The notes beneath the pieces are model-generated. The model was not told the DNA's origin. It searched no databases and saw only the letters and a program-made list of their open reading frames with translations. This document shows positions 35,022 through 44,051 of a stretch of DNA of 64,000 nucleotides, piece by piece (position 1 is the stretch's first letter; every line of letters begins with the position of its first letter). The DNA comes from Bacteroidales bacterium. Its GTDB lineage: Bacteria > Bacteroidota > Bacteroidia > Bacteroidales > G3-4614. The position numbers were made by a program, and so were the translations under genes. Location: NCBI GenBank assembly GCA_036656055.1, contig JAVVOY010000006.1, positions 890 to 64,889 on the forward strand, in the 5' to 3' direction.

Positions 35022-36374
35022 ATGGCAGATGTAATAAAGATAAAGAGAGGACTGGATATACCGTTAGCTGGAGATGCGGATAAAGTTATAATAAATTCGG
35101 AAAAGAGTGATTTTTATGCACTCGTTCCTGACGATTTTCACGGCGTAATACCCAAAATACTTGTAAAATGTGGCGATAATGTTAAAGTGGGAACACCGCT
35201 TATGTGTGACAAAAATCGTCCTGAAATTCAATTCGTATCGCCTGTAAGCGGTGATATTGTTGCCGTTAACCGTGGAGAAAGGCGTAAAGTACTGAATATT
35301 GTTGTTAAATCTGACGGAAAATCAGAGGCAGTAGATTTCGGCGCTTTTAATATCGCAAGTATTGACCGTGATCAAGTAAAAAGTATACTGCTTAATGCCG
35401 GACTCTTTCCGTTTATTAAACAGCGTCCTTATGATATAATAGCAAATCCAACAGATACTCCGCGCGATATTTTTGTAACAGCTTTTGATTCCGCTCCTTT
35501 GGCTCCTGATTTTAATCTGGTGCTTAAACGTGAAGAGAAAGCCCTTCAGGCCGGGATAGATGCGTTGGCAAAACTTACCGATGGAAAGGTCTATCTGAGC
35601 GTCAGAGCTTCAGACGAATCAATAAAGGTGACCGGTTGTGAAGTAGCTAAATTTGATGGGTGTCACCCATCCGGAAATGTAGGTGTGCAGATTGCAGCCA
35701 TAGCGCCTGTTAATAAAGGGGAGACGGTCTGGACAATATCGGCTTTCGATCTTCTTATGATAGGACGACTTATTAATACAGGCAAACCTGATTTTACCCG
35801 TGTTATTGCACTGACAGGCGCGGAGGTTGAACGCCCTACGTATCTTAGGTGTGTATTTGGAGCGTCAATAAGTTCGCTTATAGGCAATAACCTTAAAAAT
35901 ACCGGACATCACCAGCGTATAATAAGCGGTAATGTGCTTACCGGAACAAAAGTTGCGAAAGACGATTTTCTTCGAGCATACTCTTCTCAGATTACAGTAA
36001 TACCAGAAGGTGACGATTGCAATGAATTTTTCGGTTGGGCTACTCCCGGATTAGGTAAATTTAGTTTAAGTCATACGTTCTGTTCATGGTTGTCAGGTAG
36101 TAAAAAGAGATATAATATAGATGCCCGCATACGAGGTGGTGAACGCGGAATAATAATGTCAGGTGAATATGACAAGGTCTTTCCGATGGATATTCTCCCC
36201 GAATTCCTTATAAAAGCAGTAATAGCTTTCGATATTGACAAAATGGAAAACCTCGGTATATATGAGGTCGCACCAGAAGATTTTGCATTATGCGAATTTG
36301 TCGATACGTCAAAACTCCCTCTGCAACAGATAATCCGTAACGGATTGGATGAATTGATGAAAGAGATGAATTAA
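35022..36374 (+). CDS. nqrA: Na+-translocating NADH:quinone oxidoreductase subunit A
   Basis: The track ORF starts at TTG 34968; ATG 35022 gives MADVIKIKRGLDIPLAGD..., the typical NqrA N-terminus (450 aa). First gene of a six-gene nqr cluster. Confidence 0.92.
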   Translation: MADVIKIKRGLDIPLAGDADKVIINSEKSDFYALVPDDFHGVIPKILVKCGDNVKVGTPLMCDKNRPEIQFVSPVSGDIVAVNRGERRKVLNIVVKSDGKSEAVDFGAFNIASIDRDQVKSILLNAGLFPFIKQRPYDIIANPTDTPRDIFVTAFDSAPLAPDFNLVLKREEKALQAGIDALAKLTDGKVYLSVRASDESIKVTGCEVAKFDGCHPSGNVGVQIAAIAPVNKGETVWTISAFDLLMIGRLINTGKPDFTRVIALTGAEVERPTYLRCVFGASISSLIGNNLKNTGHHQRIISGNVLTGTKVAKDDFLRAYSSQITVIPEGDDCNEFFGWATPGLGKFSLSHTFCSWLSGSKKRYNIDARIRGGERGIIMSGEYDKVFPMDILPEFLIKAVIAFDIDKMENLGIYEVAPEDFALCEFVDTSKLPLQQIIRNGLDELMKEMN

Positions 36375-36396
36375 CCGATATATATCATCACAGAAT

Positions 36397-37617
36397 ATGA
36401 ATGGATTAAGAAAATATATTGATAATATTAAACCCAATTTTGAACCTGGTGGTAAGTTTGCCATGTTCAGATCTGTATTTGAGGGGTTTGAGTCATTCCT
36501 GTTTGTACCTAATACGACTTCAAAAACGGGAGTCCATATACATGACTCAGTAGACAGCAAACGTACAATGACCATTGTGCTTATCGCACTTATGCCTGCC
36601 TTACTGTTTGGTATGTATAACGTTGGTTACCAACATTACCTTGCAATAGGTGAAGGTGGAACAGGAATTTTAATGATGTTTCTTTTCGGTTTTCTTGCCG
36701 TACTACCCAAAATAGTAATATCTTACGCAGTAGGTTTGGGAATAGAGTTTATATCAGCTCAGATACGTGGACATGAGATACAAGAGGGATTTTTGGTTAC
36801 AGGAATGCTGATCCCTATGATAGTCCCCATAGATACACCTCTTTGGATGATAGCCGTTGCTACTGCATTTTCGGTGATATTTGCCAAAGAGATATTCGGT
36901 GGAACAGGTATGAATATTTTTAATGTAGCATTGATAACTCGTGCGTTCCTATTCTTCGCATATCCTTCTAAGATGTCAGGAGACTCTGTATTTATACGCA
37001 CTTCCGATACTTTCGGCATTGGCGCAGGAAAGATAGTGGAGGGATTTTCAGGTGCTACACCATTAGGTCAAGTTGCCACGCAGACTGGAGGAGATGTTGT
37101 ACTCACAAACACTTTAGGGCATCCTCTCTCCTCGTGGGATATGTTCTTCGGGCTGATACCGGGTTCAATTGGCGAAACATCTACACTTGCAATCCTTATC
37201 GGGGCGGCAATACTACTTTTTGCCGGTATAGCCAACTGGCGTATAATTGTGTCGGTATTTGCCGGAGGATATGTTATGGGGCTTATTGCTCATACATTTT
37301 CAAGTGCGGTATATCCGGGGTCAATACTTTTGCCTGAGGATCAGCTTTGCCTTGGAGGTTTTGCCTTTGCCGCGGTATTTATGGCTACCGATCCGGTTAC
37401 CGCAGCCAGAACTACCCTTGGAAAATATATTTATGGATTTCTGATTGGTGTAATGACAATAATAATACGTCTTTATAATAATGGCTACCCAGAGGGAGCA
37501 ATGTTAGCTGTTCTGTTTATGAACGTTTTTGCGCCACTTATAGACTATTTTGTTGTTGAGGCTAATATAAAAAACAGGCTTAAACGTGTTAAACAGGGAG
37601 GAATGATCAATGGATAA
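36397..37617 (+). CDS. nqrB: Na+-translocating NADH:quinone oxidoreductase subunit B
   Basis: 406 aa polytopic protein with FSGATPLG (covalent FMN Thr site) and FMATDPVT. Confidence 0.93.
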   Translation: MNGLRKYIDNIKPNFEPGGKFAMFRSVFEGFESFLFVPNTTSKTGVHIHDSVDSKRTMTIVLIALMPALLFGMYNVGYQHYLAIGEGGTGILMMFLFGFLAVLPKIVISYAVGLGIEFISAQIRGHEIQEGFLVTGMLIPMIVPIDTPLWMIAVATAFSVIFAKEIFGGTGMNIFNVALITRAFLFFAYPSKMSGDSVFIRTSDTFGIGAGKIVEGFSGATPLGQVATQTGGDVVLTNTLGHPLSSWDMFFGLIPGSIGETSTLAILIGAAILLFAGIANWRIIVSVFAGGYVMGLIAHTFSSAVYPGSILLPEDQLCLGGFAFAAVFMATDPVTAARTTLGKYIYGFLIGVMTIIIRLYNNGYPEGAMLAVLFMNVFAPLIDYFVVEANIKNRLKRVKQGGMING

Positions 37618-38317
37618 GCAGTCAAATACATATACCGTAATATACGCTTCAGTAATGGTAATTGTTGTGGCGGCAGTTCTTGCGTTCACATCGTTGAGTC
37701 TTAAGGAGCCGCAGACTCGTAACATAGAGATAGACAAGATGAAGCAGATATTGAATTCCGTCAGGATTACATCTGATGCATCTGATGCTCAGCAAAAATA
37801 CAAAAAATATATAACTGAAAGTTTTGTAATTAATGAAGTCGGAGAGGTGATAAAAGGGGAAGATGCTTTTGAGGTTAAGATTTCAGAACAAGTTAAATTG
37901 CCTGCCAATAAGCGTATGTTGCCTGTCTTTGTCGCAAAATTAGATAACGGTAGCCTTAAATATATCATTCCGCTTTATGGTGCCGGACTTTGGGGTCCGT
38001 TGTGGGGATATTTGTCAGTGGATAGTGACGGAAAGACTGTTTACGGTGCATTCTTTGCACATCAAGGAGAAACTCCGGGACTCGGTGCCGAAATAGAGAC
38101 CCCTGGATTTTGTGACCAGTTTGACGGTAAACGTCTTTTTATAGACGGAACATTTAAACCTATTATAGTGGAGAAATCGGGACAAAAACCGATAGATGGT
38201 GCAGATTATGTGGATGCAATATCTGGTGGCACAATAACGAGCAAGGGCGTTGAAGCTATGATAAAGAATGCGCTAACCCCTTATGTGAAATTTTTAGAAT
38301 CTTTACAAACTAAATAA
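37610..38317 (+). CDS. nqrC: Na+-translocating NADH:quinone oxidoreductase subunit C
   Basis: 235 aa with one N-terminal TM helix. GLWGP, ETPGLG and ISGGTITS (FMN attachment motif). Overlaps nqrB by 8 nt. Confidence 0.92.
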   Translation: MDKQSNTYTVIYASVMVIVVAAVLAFTSLSLKEPQTRNIEIDKMKQILNSVRITSDASDAQQKYKKYITESFVINEVGEVIKGEDAFEVKISEQVKLPANKRMLPVFVAKLDNGSLKYIIPLYGAGLWGPLWGYLSVDSDGKTVYGAFFAHQGETPGLGAEIETPGFCDQFDGKRLFIDGTFKPIIVEKSGQKPIDGADYVDAISGGTITSKGVEAMIKNALTPYVKFLESLQTK

Positions 38318-38329
38318 GTACTGAGAGAG

Positions 38330-38956
38330 ATGTTACTATCAAAGAGAAATAGGGAGACACTTTTAGGTCCGCTGTCAAAGAATAATCCTGTCATAGTGCA
38401 GATACTCGGTATCTGTTCAGCATTGGCTGTAACTGCAAAGCTTGAGCCTGCATTTGTTATGGCAGTGTCGGTGACAGCTGTTGTGGCTTTTGCTAATGTT
38501 ATAATATCACTTATACGCAACACTATACCTAATAGTATTCGTATAATTGTGCAACTTGTTGTTGTTGCGGCTCTTGTTATTATTGTAGACCAGATACTAA
38601 AGGCTTATGTTTATGACGTAAGCAAACAACTTTCAGTATTTGTAGGTCTTATAATAACCAACTGTATCCTTATGGGACGTCTCGAGGCTTATGCAATGGG
38701 GCATGGTCCGTGGGAATCATTTCTCGATGGCGTAGGTAATGGTCTTGGGTATGGTCTTATACTTGTTGTAATAGCATTTTTTCGCGAACTATTAGGTTCC
38801 GGCACACTATTCGGGTGTCAGGTTATACCGCAGGCATTTTATGACATGGGTTACCAGAACAACGGTCTTATGATACTGCCACCTATGGCACTTATCGTAG
38901 TTGGTTGTATAATATGGGTACACCGTGCATATAATAAAGATTTACAGGACAAATAA
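38330..38956 (+). CDS. nqrD: Na+-translocating NADH:quinone oxidoreductase subunit D
   Basis: 208 aa. [18 protein letters not shown] and [12 protein letters not shown] are NqrD/RnfE-type motifs. Confidence 0.93.
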   Translation: MLLSKRNRETLLGPLSKNNPVIVQILGICSALAVTAKLEPAFVMAVSVTAVVAFANVIISLIRNTIPNSIRIIVQLVVVAALVIIVDQILKAYVYDVSKQLSVFVGLIITNCILMGRLEAYAMGHGPWESFLDGVGNGLGYGLILVVIAFFRELLGSGTLFGCQVIPQAFYDMGYQNNGLMILPPMALIVVGCIIWVHRAYNKDLQDK

Positions 38957-38986
38957 TAAGCATAATATCAAAGAAAGAGAAAGAAA

Positions 38987-39601
38987 ATGGAATCACTCAA
39001 TATCTTTATAAAGTCTATTTTTATAGACAATATGGTATTTGCCTACTTTTTGGGCATGTGCTCTTATCTGGCCGTATCCAAAAATGTAAAAACCGCAATA
39101 GGGTTGGGCGCAGCAGTAACGTTTGTTCTTGCAATAACACTTCCGGTAAACTACCTGCTAGAAAATTACGTCCTGAAATCCGGGGCAATGACATGGCTCG
39201 GAACATCGTTTGAGAATGTCGATCTTAGTTTTCTATCGCTTATCCTTTTCATCGCCGTTATAGCCTCAATAGTGCAACTTGTAGAGATGATCGTTGAAAA
39301 ATATTCGCCTTCTTTGTATAGTTCTTTGGGTATATTTCTTCCCTTGATAGCCGTCAATTGTGCTATTCTCGGAGGTGCATTGTTTATGCAACAGCGTGAA
39401 TTTTCCACAGTAGGCGAGGCTACGGCCTACGGTGTAGGCTCCGGGATAGGGTGGTGGTTAGCAATAGTTGCTATCGCCGCAGTAAGAGAGAAGCTTGCCT
39501 ACTCCAATATTCCAAAACCGTTACGCGGAATAGGAATCACTTTTATTGTAACAGGACTTATGGGAATAGCATTTATGAGCTTTCTCGGAATAAAACTCTA
39601 A
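38987..39601 (+). CDS. nqrE: Na+-translocating NADH:quinone oxidoreductase subunit E
   Basis: 204 aa. FLGMCSYLAVS and PLIAVNCAILGG are NqrE/RnfA-type motifs. Confidence 0.93.
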   Translation: MESLNIFIKSIFIDNMVFAYFLGMCSYLAVSKNVKTAIGLGAAVTFVLAITLPVNYLLENYVLKSGAMTWLGTSFENVDLSFLSLILFIAVIASIVQLVEMIVEKYSPSLYSSLGIFLPLIAVNCAILGGALFMQQREFSTVGEATAYGVGSGIGWWLAIVAIAAVREKLAYSNIPKPLRGIGITFIVTGLMGIAFMSFLGIKL

Positions 39602-39619
39602 CGATTAAAATTTCTGACA

Positions 39620-40882
39620 ATGATGATATTGGAAATAAATATGCTTACAATTTATGTTGCTGTAATTACGTTTTTTGCAATTACTCTTATATTAGTATCG
39701 ATACTGATTGTAGCAAAGGCTAAACTTGTGCCATCGGGTGAGGTTAAGGTAGATATCAATGAAGGAGAACGCGAAGTTATTACAAAATCAGGAGCTTCGT
39801 TGTTAACGACACTTTCTAATGATAAAATATTCCTTCCATCGGCATGTGGCGGACAGGGTAGTTGCGGAATGTGCAAGTGTCAGGTTTTGAACGGAGGAGG
39901 GGAGATACTTCCTACTGAGGTTGGCTTCTTTAACCGTAAACAGATAAAAGAAGATTACCGCCTTGCTTGTCAAGTTAAGGTGAAAAATGACTTAGAGGTT
40001 AAGATTCCACAGGAGGTTCTCGGCATTAAAAAGTGGGAATGTGAAGTGGTCTCTAATCGTAATGTAGCATCATTTATAAAAGAGTTTGTTGTTAGACTCC
40101 CTAAAGGGGAGACACTTAACTTCCGGTCAGGAAGTTATGTTCAGATAGATGTTCCAAAGTATGTAGCGAAGTTCTCTGACATGGATATTGATGAAAAATT
40201 CCGCGATGAATGGGGTAAATTCAAGATGTGGGGGTTAGTAGCCAAAAATGATGAAGAGACCTATCGTGCCTACTCTATGGCCAACCACCCGGCCGAAGGG
40301 AATATAGTTATGCTGAACATTCGCATTGCAACACCACCGTTCGACCGTACTACGTGTACATGGAGAGCTGGTGTTAATCCCGGAATATGTTCATCTTATA
40401 TCTTTTCCCGCAAACCTGGAGACAAAGTAACAGTATCAGGTCCTTACGGTGAATTCCATATTCTTGATACGAAGCGAGAAATGCTTTATGTAGGTGGAGG
40501 AGCCGGTATGGCTCCATTGCGTTCACATCTGTTGCATCTGTTCAGAACGCTTAAGACTACTGACCGTAAGATTTCATATTGGTATGGAGCACGTTCGCGA
40601 CGCGAAATATTCTATGAAGAGGATTTTCGTGCAATAGAGAGGGAGTTTCCTAATTTTACATTCAATATAGCACTGTCAGATCCGCAGCCCGAAGATAATT
40701 GGACTGGTTATACCGGATTCATACACCAAGTAATATATGACAATTACCTTAAACAACATGATGCTCCAGAGGATATTGAGTATTATATGTGCGGACCTGG
40801 TCCTATGGCTGAAGCTGTTAAAAAGATGCTTTGGAATCTGGGTGTACCTAAAGAGATGCTTTTATATGATGATTTTGGTTAG
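39620..40882 (+). CDS. nqrF: Na+-translocating NADH:quinone oxidoreductase subunit F
   Basis: 420 aa. N-terminal TM helix, 2Fe-2S ferredoxin motif CGGQGSCGMCKC...C, FAD site RAYSMAN and an NAD-binding GGGAGMAP. The start could alternatively be ATG 39641. Confidence 0.93.
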   Translation: MMILEINMLTIYVAVITFFAITLILVSILIVAKAKLVPSGEVKVDINEGEREVITKSGASLLTTLSNDKIFLPSACGGQGSCGMCKCQVLNGGGEILPTEVGFFNRKQIKEDYRLACQVKVKNDLEVKIPQEVLGIKKWECEVVSNRNVASFIKEFVVRLPKGETLNFRSGSYVQIDVPKYVAKFSDMDIDEKFRDEWGKFKMWGLVAKNDEETYRAYSMANHPAEGNIVMLNIRIATPPFDRTTCTWRAGVNPGICSSYIFSRKPGDKVTVSGPYGEFHILDTKREMLYVGGGAGMAPLRSHLLHLFRTLKTTDRKISYWYGARSRREIFYEEDFRAIEREFPNFTFNIALSDPQPEDNWTGYTGFIHQVIYDNYLKQHDAPEDIEYYMCGPGPMAEAVKKMLWNLGVPKEMLLYDDFG

Positions 40883-40916
40883 TCGTAATATGGTATTTGC
40901 ATAGGATTACAATAAA

Positions 40917-40962
40917 GAGTCCCCTAAAAGTCTTATAAAACTTTTATGGGACTCTCCTTTTC
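40917..40962 (+). terminator. Rho-independent terminator of the nqr operon
   Basis: gagtcccctaaaagt (40917-40931) pairs with acttttatgggactc (40940-40954) over 15 bp with one mismatch. A T-rich tract tccttttct follows. Confidence 0.75.
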
Positions 40963-41032
40963 TGCGTTGCAGATTATTTTGAAATAGCTTTCAGCTTGTA
41001 GTAAATAATATAATTCACCACTTTTAATAGAG

Positions 41033-43342
41033 CTATATCGACAATTTTAATCCTACGGCAATACTTCTTGGCGATGAAGGTCCATAGATATACCCTGAAT
41101 CGCGTAAATGCCCCTGATCAAAATCTTTTTGATACGAATTAAGAACATTCATTACCGCAATATTCAATTGCAAGGTTATGCTCCTATAAATTTTAAAATC
41201 ATAAGCTAACTTAATGTTTAAGTCGTAAAATATGGGTGTCATAACGGCAATATCTTTATTAACCCCTGAACCTATAAGGTGCTGCACGGGCATAGTTCCG
41301 GTAAAAGTTCCGGTAACTGCCGCCGTTAATTGCTTAACAGGATTATATATAGCCATTATATAGCCGTAGGCATTAGGTGAGCGAAACATTTTTGTCTGAG
41401 GTGGAACAGATTTGTCTTCACTCCAATATTCCGGAGATTTATATTGGCTACTCTGTATTGTTGCTCCCCCTTGTACCTGAAGTTGTGGAAATAAACCAAA
41501 TTTAGCCTCTATATTTGCTCCGAATACGCGTGCTCCTGAGCCGTTATAACGCTCTAAAACGTTAGTCCCTGATAACTCGTCTTTTGATACAATACGAGTT
41601 GCAAATATATCCTTTAAATCAGTATAAAAAAGCTCTACAAGAAGATTAGTTTTTATCCGCCCGAAAGTGCGATACATATCTGCCGAGAACGAAATACTTT
41701 GAGAACTCTCCTGCTTAAGATCAGAAGCCAATATTGTTGTTACTCTTTTTCCGCCTACTATCGCCACGTGAAGATCCTCATCAAATGTCTGCGGAGCTCT
41801 GAACCCCGAAGAGTATGTAAGACGGAAATTAAAACTCTTGTTTGGGTTGTATCTAAAGTTCACCCGAGGAGAGAATATAGGCTTATTTATGAGATTGTGT
41901 TTATCAACTCTCAAACCTAAAAGAACTCCCCATTTTTCATCACGCCACTCGTTTTGTAAATATCCGCTTATAATATTAACCTTCTGACATATATATTGAT
42001 TGTATCCCAGATATTCATCAGTAAGATTATTGTAGTTGTACTCTAATCCGCATACAAGTTCTGAAGGCAAGAACCATAGTCTATTCCATTTATGTGTATA
42101 TTGTGCTCCGGAGACAACGACTAAATCAGTTGTATTACCATAAGCATTCGGATCTTTATCTCCGCCGTAATAGCTATCTCTCTTTGTATGCTGAAATGAA
42201 GAATATATATTGATCTTATCTTTGTAATTTCTTAGAAAAAGGTCATAACTAATCTCGCCTCCGTTAATACTATGATTAGTCTGTTCAGCCAGATTAGCCT
42301 CATGAGGAATTTTGTCAAGCATATTGCCCCCCCGACGGAATTCGTTTATGCCGTGATATTGAAAATTCAATTTTCCAAAAGATCCGGTTTTGATAAATGA
42401 TCGCATCCCTATGGTTTTAGTACGTAACATAGGTATTTCACTGTAACCATCGCCGTCAGTATCGTAAGAGTCCCTTATGCGGTTTTGTCCGTATAGCATT
42501 ATGCCAGCTTTATTACTATCTGTTACTACGGATGCATTTAATGTCGTGTTGTTATCTAAAGCTGATGTTATCCCTATCGAAGTTAAAGAGTGTGCAATCT
42601 CTGCACTATTATTTACCGGATCTTTAGTTATGATATTAATTGTTCCTCCAATTGCCGAAGCACCGAAAAGAGCAGAACCACCACCTCTTACAACCTCAAC
42701 TCTGTCTACTACATTTGCAGGAATCTGTTCCAACCCGTAAACACCTGTGAGAGCTGAATATATTGGACGAGAATTCATAAGTATCTGCGAATAGTGACCG
42801 TCAAGACCGTTAATACGAACCTGCATGAAACCGCAATTTTGGCAATTATCCTCAACCCTTATCCCCGGTTGGTAATCCAGAACATCAACTAATGATTTTG
42901 CCCCAACAGCATCAAATGTTTTGTATGTAAGGACGTTGACTAAAGATGAACTGTTTGCGCGTTTCATTTCGCTGCGGCTACTAGATACGACCACCTGCTC
43001 TAACTCCATTGTATCCTCATTAAGAGAAAAGTTGACTTCAATAGTTTTATTGGCTTCAAAAACCACCACGAAACTTTGTGGGGCATAACCTATCCCACTT
43101 GCTCTAATATTGTATTTACCTTCAGGTAAGTTTTTAAGAAAATAATGCCCTGTGGCATCGGTTGTTGTCCCTATTGTCGTCCCTATAACTGATATCTGTA
43201 TATAAGGTAGGTGTTCACCCGTATTAGAAAGTATAACATGCCCTGATATATTGGCATCGGTATTGACATGTGTTTGTGACATGCCGATCGTTGTTGTTGC
43301 TGTATATATGAGCAGCAGCAATATAAAGAATAAATTTTTCAT
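41033..43342 (-). CDS. TonB-dependent receptor with an N-terminal carboxypeptidase-regulatory-like domain
   Basis: 769 aa with a signal peptide. CarbopepD_reg-like segment (ISGHVILSNTGEHLPYIQISVIGTTIGTTTDATGHYFLKNLPEGKYNI). Plug region with NCQNCGFMQVRINGL and ...VEVVRGGGSALFGASAIGGTINIITK. The C-terminal beta-barrel ends in ...VGLKLSI. No SusD-like partner is adjacent. Confidence 0.88.
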   Translation of the reverse strand: MKNLFFILLLLIYTATTTIGMSQTHVNTDANISGHVILSNTGEHLPYIQISVIGTTIGTTTDATGHYFLKNLPEGKYNIRASGIGYAPQSFVVVFEANKTIEVNFSLNEDTMELEQVVVSSSRSEMKRANSSSLVNVLTYKTFDAVGAKSLVDVLDYQPGIRVEDNCQNCGFMQVRINGLDGHYSQILMNSRPIYSALTGVYGLEQIPANVVDRVEVVRGGGSALFGASAIGGTINIITKDPVNNSAEIAHSLTSIGITSALDNNTTLNASVVTDSNKAGIMLYGQNRIRDSYDTDGDGYSEIPMLRTKTIGMRSFIKTGSFGKLNFQYHGINEFRRGGNMLDKIPHEANLAEQTNHSINGGEISYDLFLRNYKDKINIYSSFQHTKRDSYYGGDKDPNAYGNTTDLVVVSGAQYTHKWNRLWFLPSELVCGLEYNYNNLTDEYLGYNQYICQKVNIISGYLQNEWRDEKWGVLLGLRVDKHNLINKPIFSPRVNFRYNPNKSFNFRLTYSSGFRAPQTFDEDLHVAIVGGKRVTTILASDLKQESSQSISFSADMYRTFGRIKTNLLVELFYTDLKDIFATRIVSKDELSGTNVLERYNGSGARVFGANIEAKFGLFPQLQVQGGATIQSSQYKSPEYWSEDKSVPPQTKMFRSPNAYGYIMAIYNPVKQLTAAVTGTFTGTMPVQHLIGSGVNKDIAVMTPIFYDLNIKLAYDFKIYRSITLQLNIAVMNVLNSYQKDFDQGHLRDSGYIYGPSSPRSIAVGLKLSI

Positions 43343-43379
43343 TGTTTTATGTTGTTTTAAAATTGTTAAGACAGCATAG

Positions 43380-43416
43380 CTAATTAATCTTGCCAGACAA
43401 GGACAGGATTAATTAG
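43380..43416 (-). repeat. Intercistronic inverted repeat between the HxH gene and the TonB-dependent receptor gene
   Basis: ctaattaatc (43380-43389) pairs perfectly over 10 bp with gattaattag (43407-43416). An inner cttg/caag pairing is also possible. Confidence 0.5.
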
Positions 43417-43437
43417 TTCTGCATTATGTGAATCATT

Positions 43438-43779
43438 TTAAAACAACTGCGGAGGAGCACGAAGCGAGTATTGCCTTAAGGGGGGGCGTAGATTCCCGCT
43501 TATTGGCATTACCGTTAACAATGCTATTAGCCTTAGTATTACCGAAAGCAGTAATGGCGATGCCGCAATAATGAATAATATATTTGAAAGAAATGATATT
43601 GAGGCATAAGAAGCAGCCGAGTGAGAGTGTTCAGCAGAAGTATAAGGGTGGTTATGAACAATCAGTGCGTTATTGACAAGGTGTGCATGTGGGAAAAGGG
43701 TAGAACCACCGTAATACGCTGAAAATATCAACGTAAGAAATATCGCGGCAACCCTATTTCTACATTTGTGCTTAGTCAT
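43438..43779 (-). CDS. Small two-TM membrane protein with a triple HxH loop
   Basis: The track ORF starts at TTG 43797; the first ATG at 43779 gives MTKHKCRNRVAAIFLTLIFSAYYGG... (113 aa). The loop PHAHLVNNALIVHNHPYTSAEHSHS carries HAH, HNH and HSH. A second hydrophobic segment and a Pro/Arg-rich tail follow. I recognise no family. Confidence 0.55.
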   Translation of the reverse strand: MTKHKCRNRVAAIFLTLIFSAYYGGSTLFPHAHLVNNALIVHNHPYTSAEHSHSAASYASISFLSNILFIIAASPLLLSVILRLIALLTVMPISGNLRPPLRQYSLRAPPQLF

Positions 43780-43819
43780 CAACCCAATATAATTCAAGAA
43801 CCCATTTATAAATCCGCTG

Positions 43820-43827
43820 CAAAAGTA
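43820..43827 (-). promoter_or_regulatory. -7 box TACTTTTG (minus strand) for the HxH-protein/TonB-receptor operon
   Basis: Plus-strand caaaagta is TACTTTTG on the minus strand, about 40 nt upstream of the ATG at 43779. Confidence 0.45.
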
Positions 43828-44009
43828 ATGTTTTTTAGCTTATACTAATTTGTTAAAATTGTTAATACATATTTATTAAAACGGTGCATCTTAGCCGGTT
43901 TAATATAAATTATGTTTGTATTCAGATCAAAAATGGGTGCTTTAATGTTCTATAATAGATAAATATTACAATAATTCTTTCACCATACTTATTTATATTC
44001 TCGAATGTT

Positions 44010-44017
44010 TATCTTTG
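44010..44017 (+). promoter_or_regulatory. -7 box TATCTTTG for the dsbD-like gene
   Basis: tatctttg matches TAnnTTTG, 34 nt upstream of the ATG at 44052. Confidence 0.5.
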
Positions 44018-44051
44018 TATCCCGTATGCCGAAATAGAAATAAAAAAATAC

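Noticed and set aside
43798-44051. Possible riboswitch (for example cobalamin) in front of the TonB-dependent receptor operon, and one upstream of metH
   Set aside because: The region is AT-rich with no conserved riboswitch core sequences that I recognise. metH starts 1 nt after ruvC, leaving no leader.
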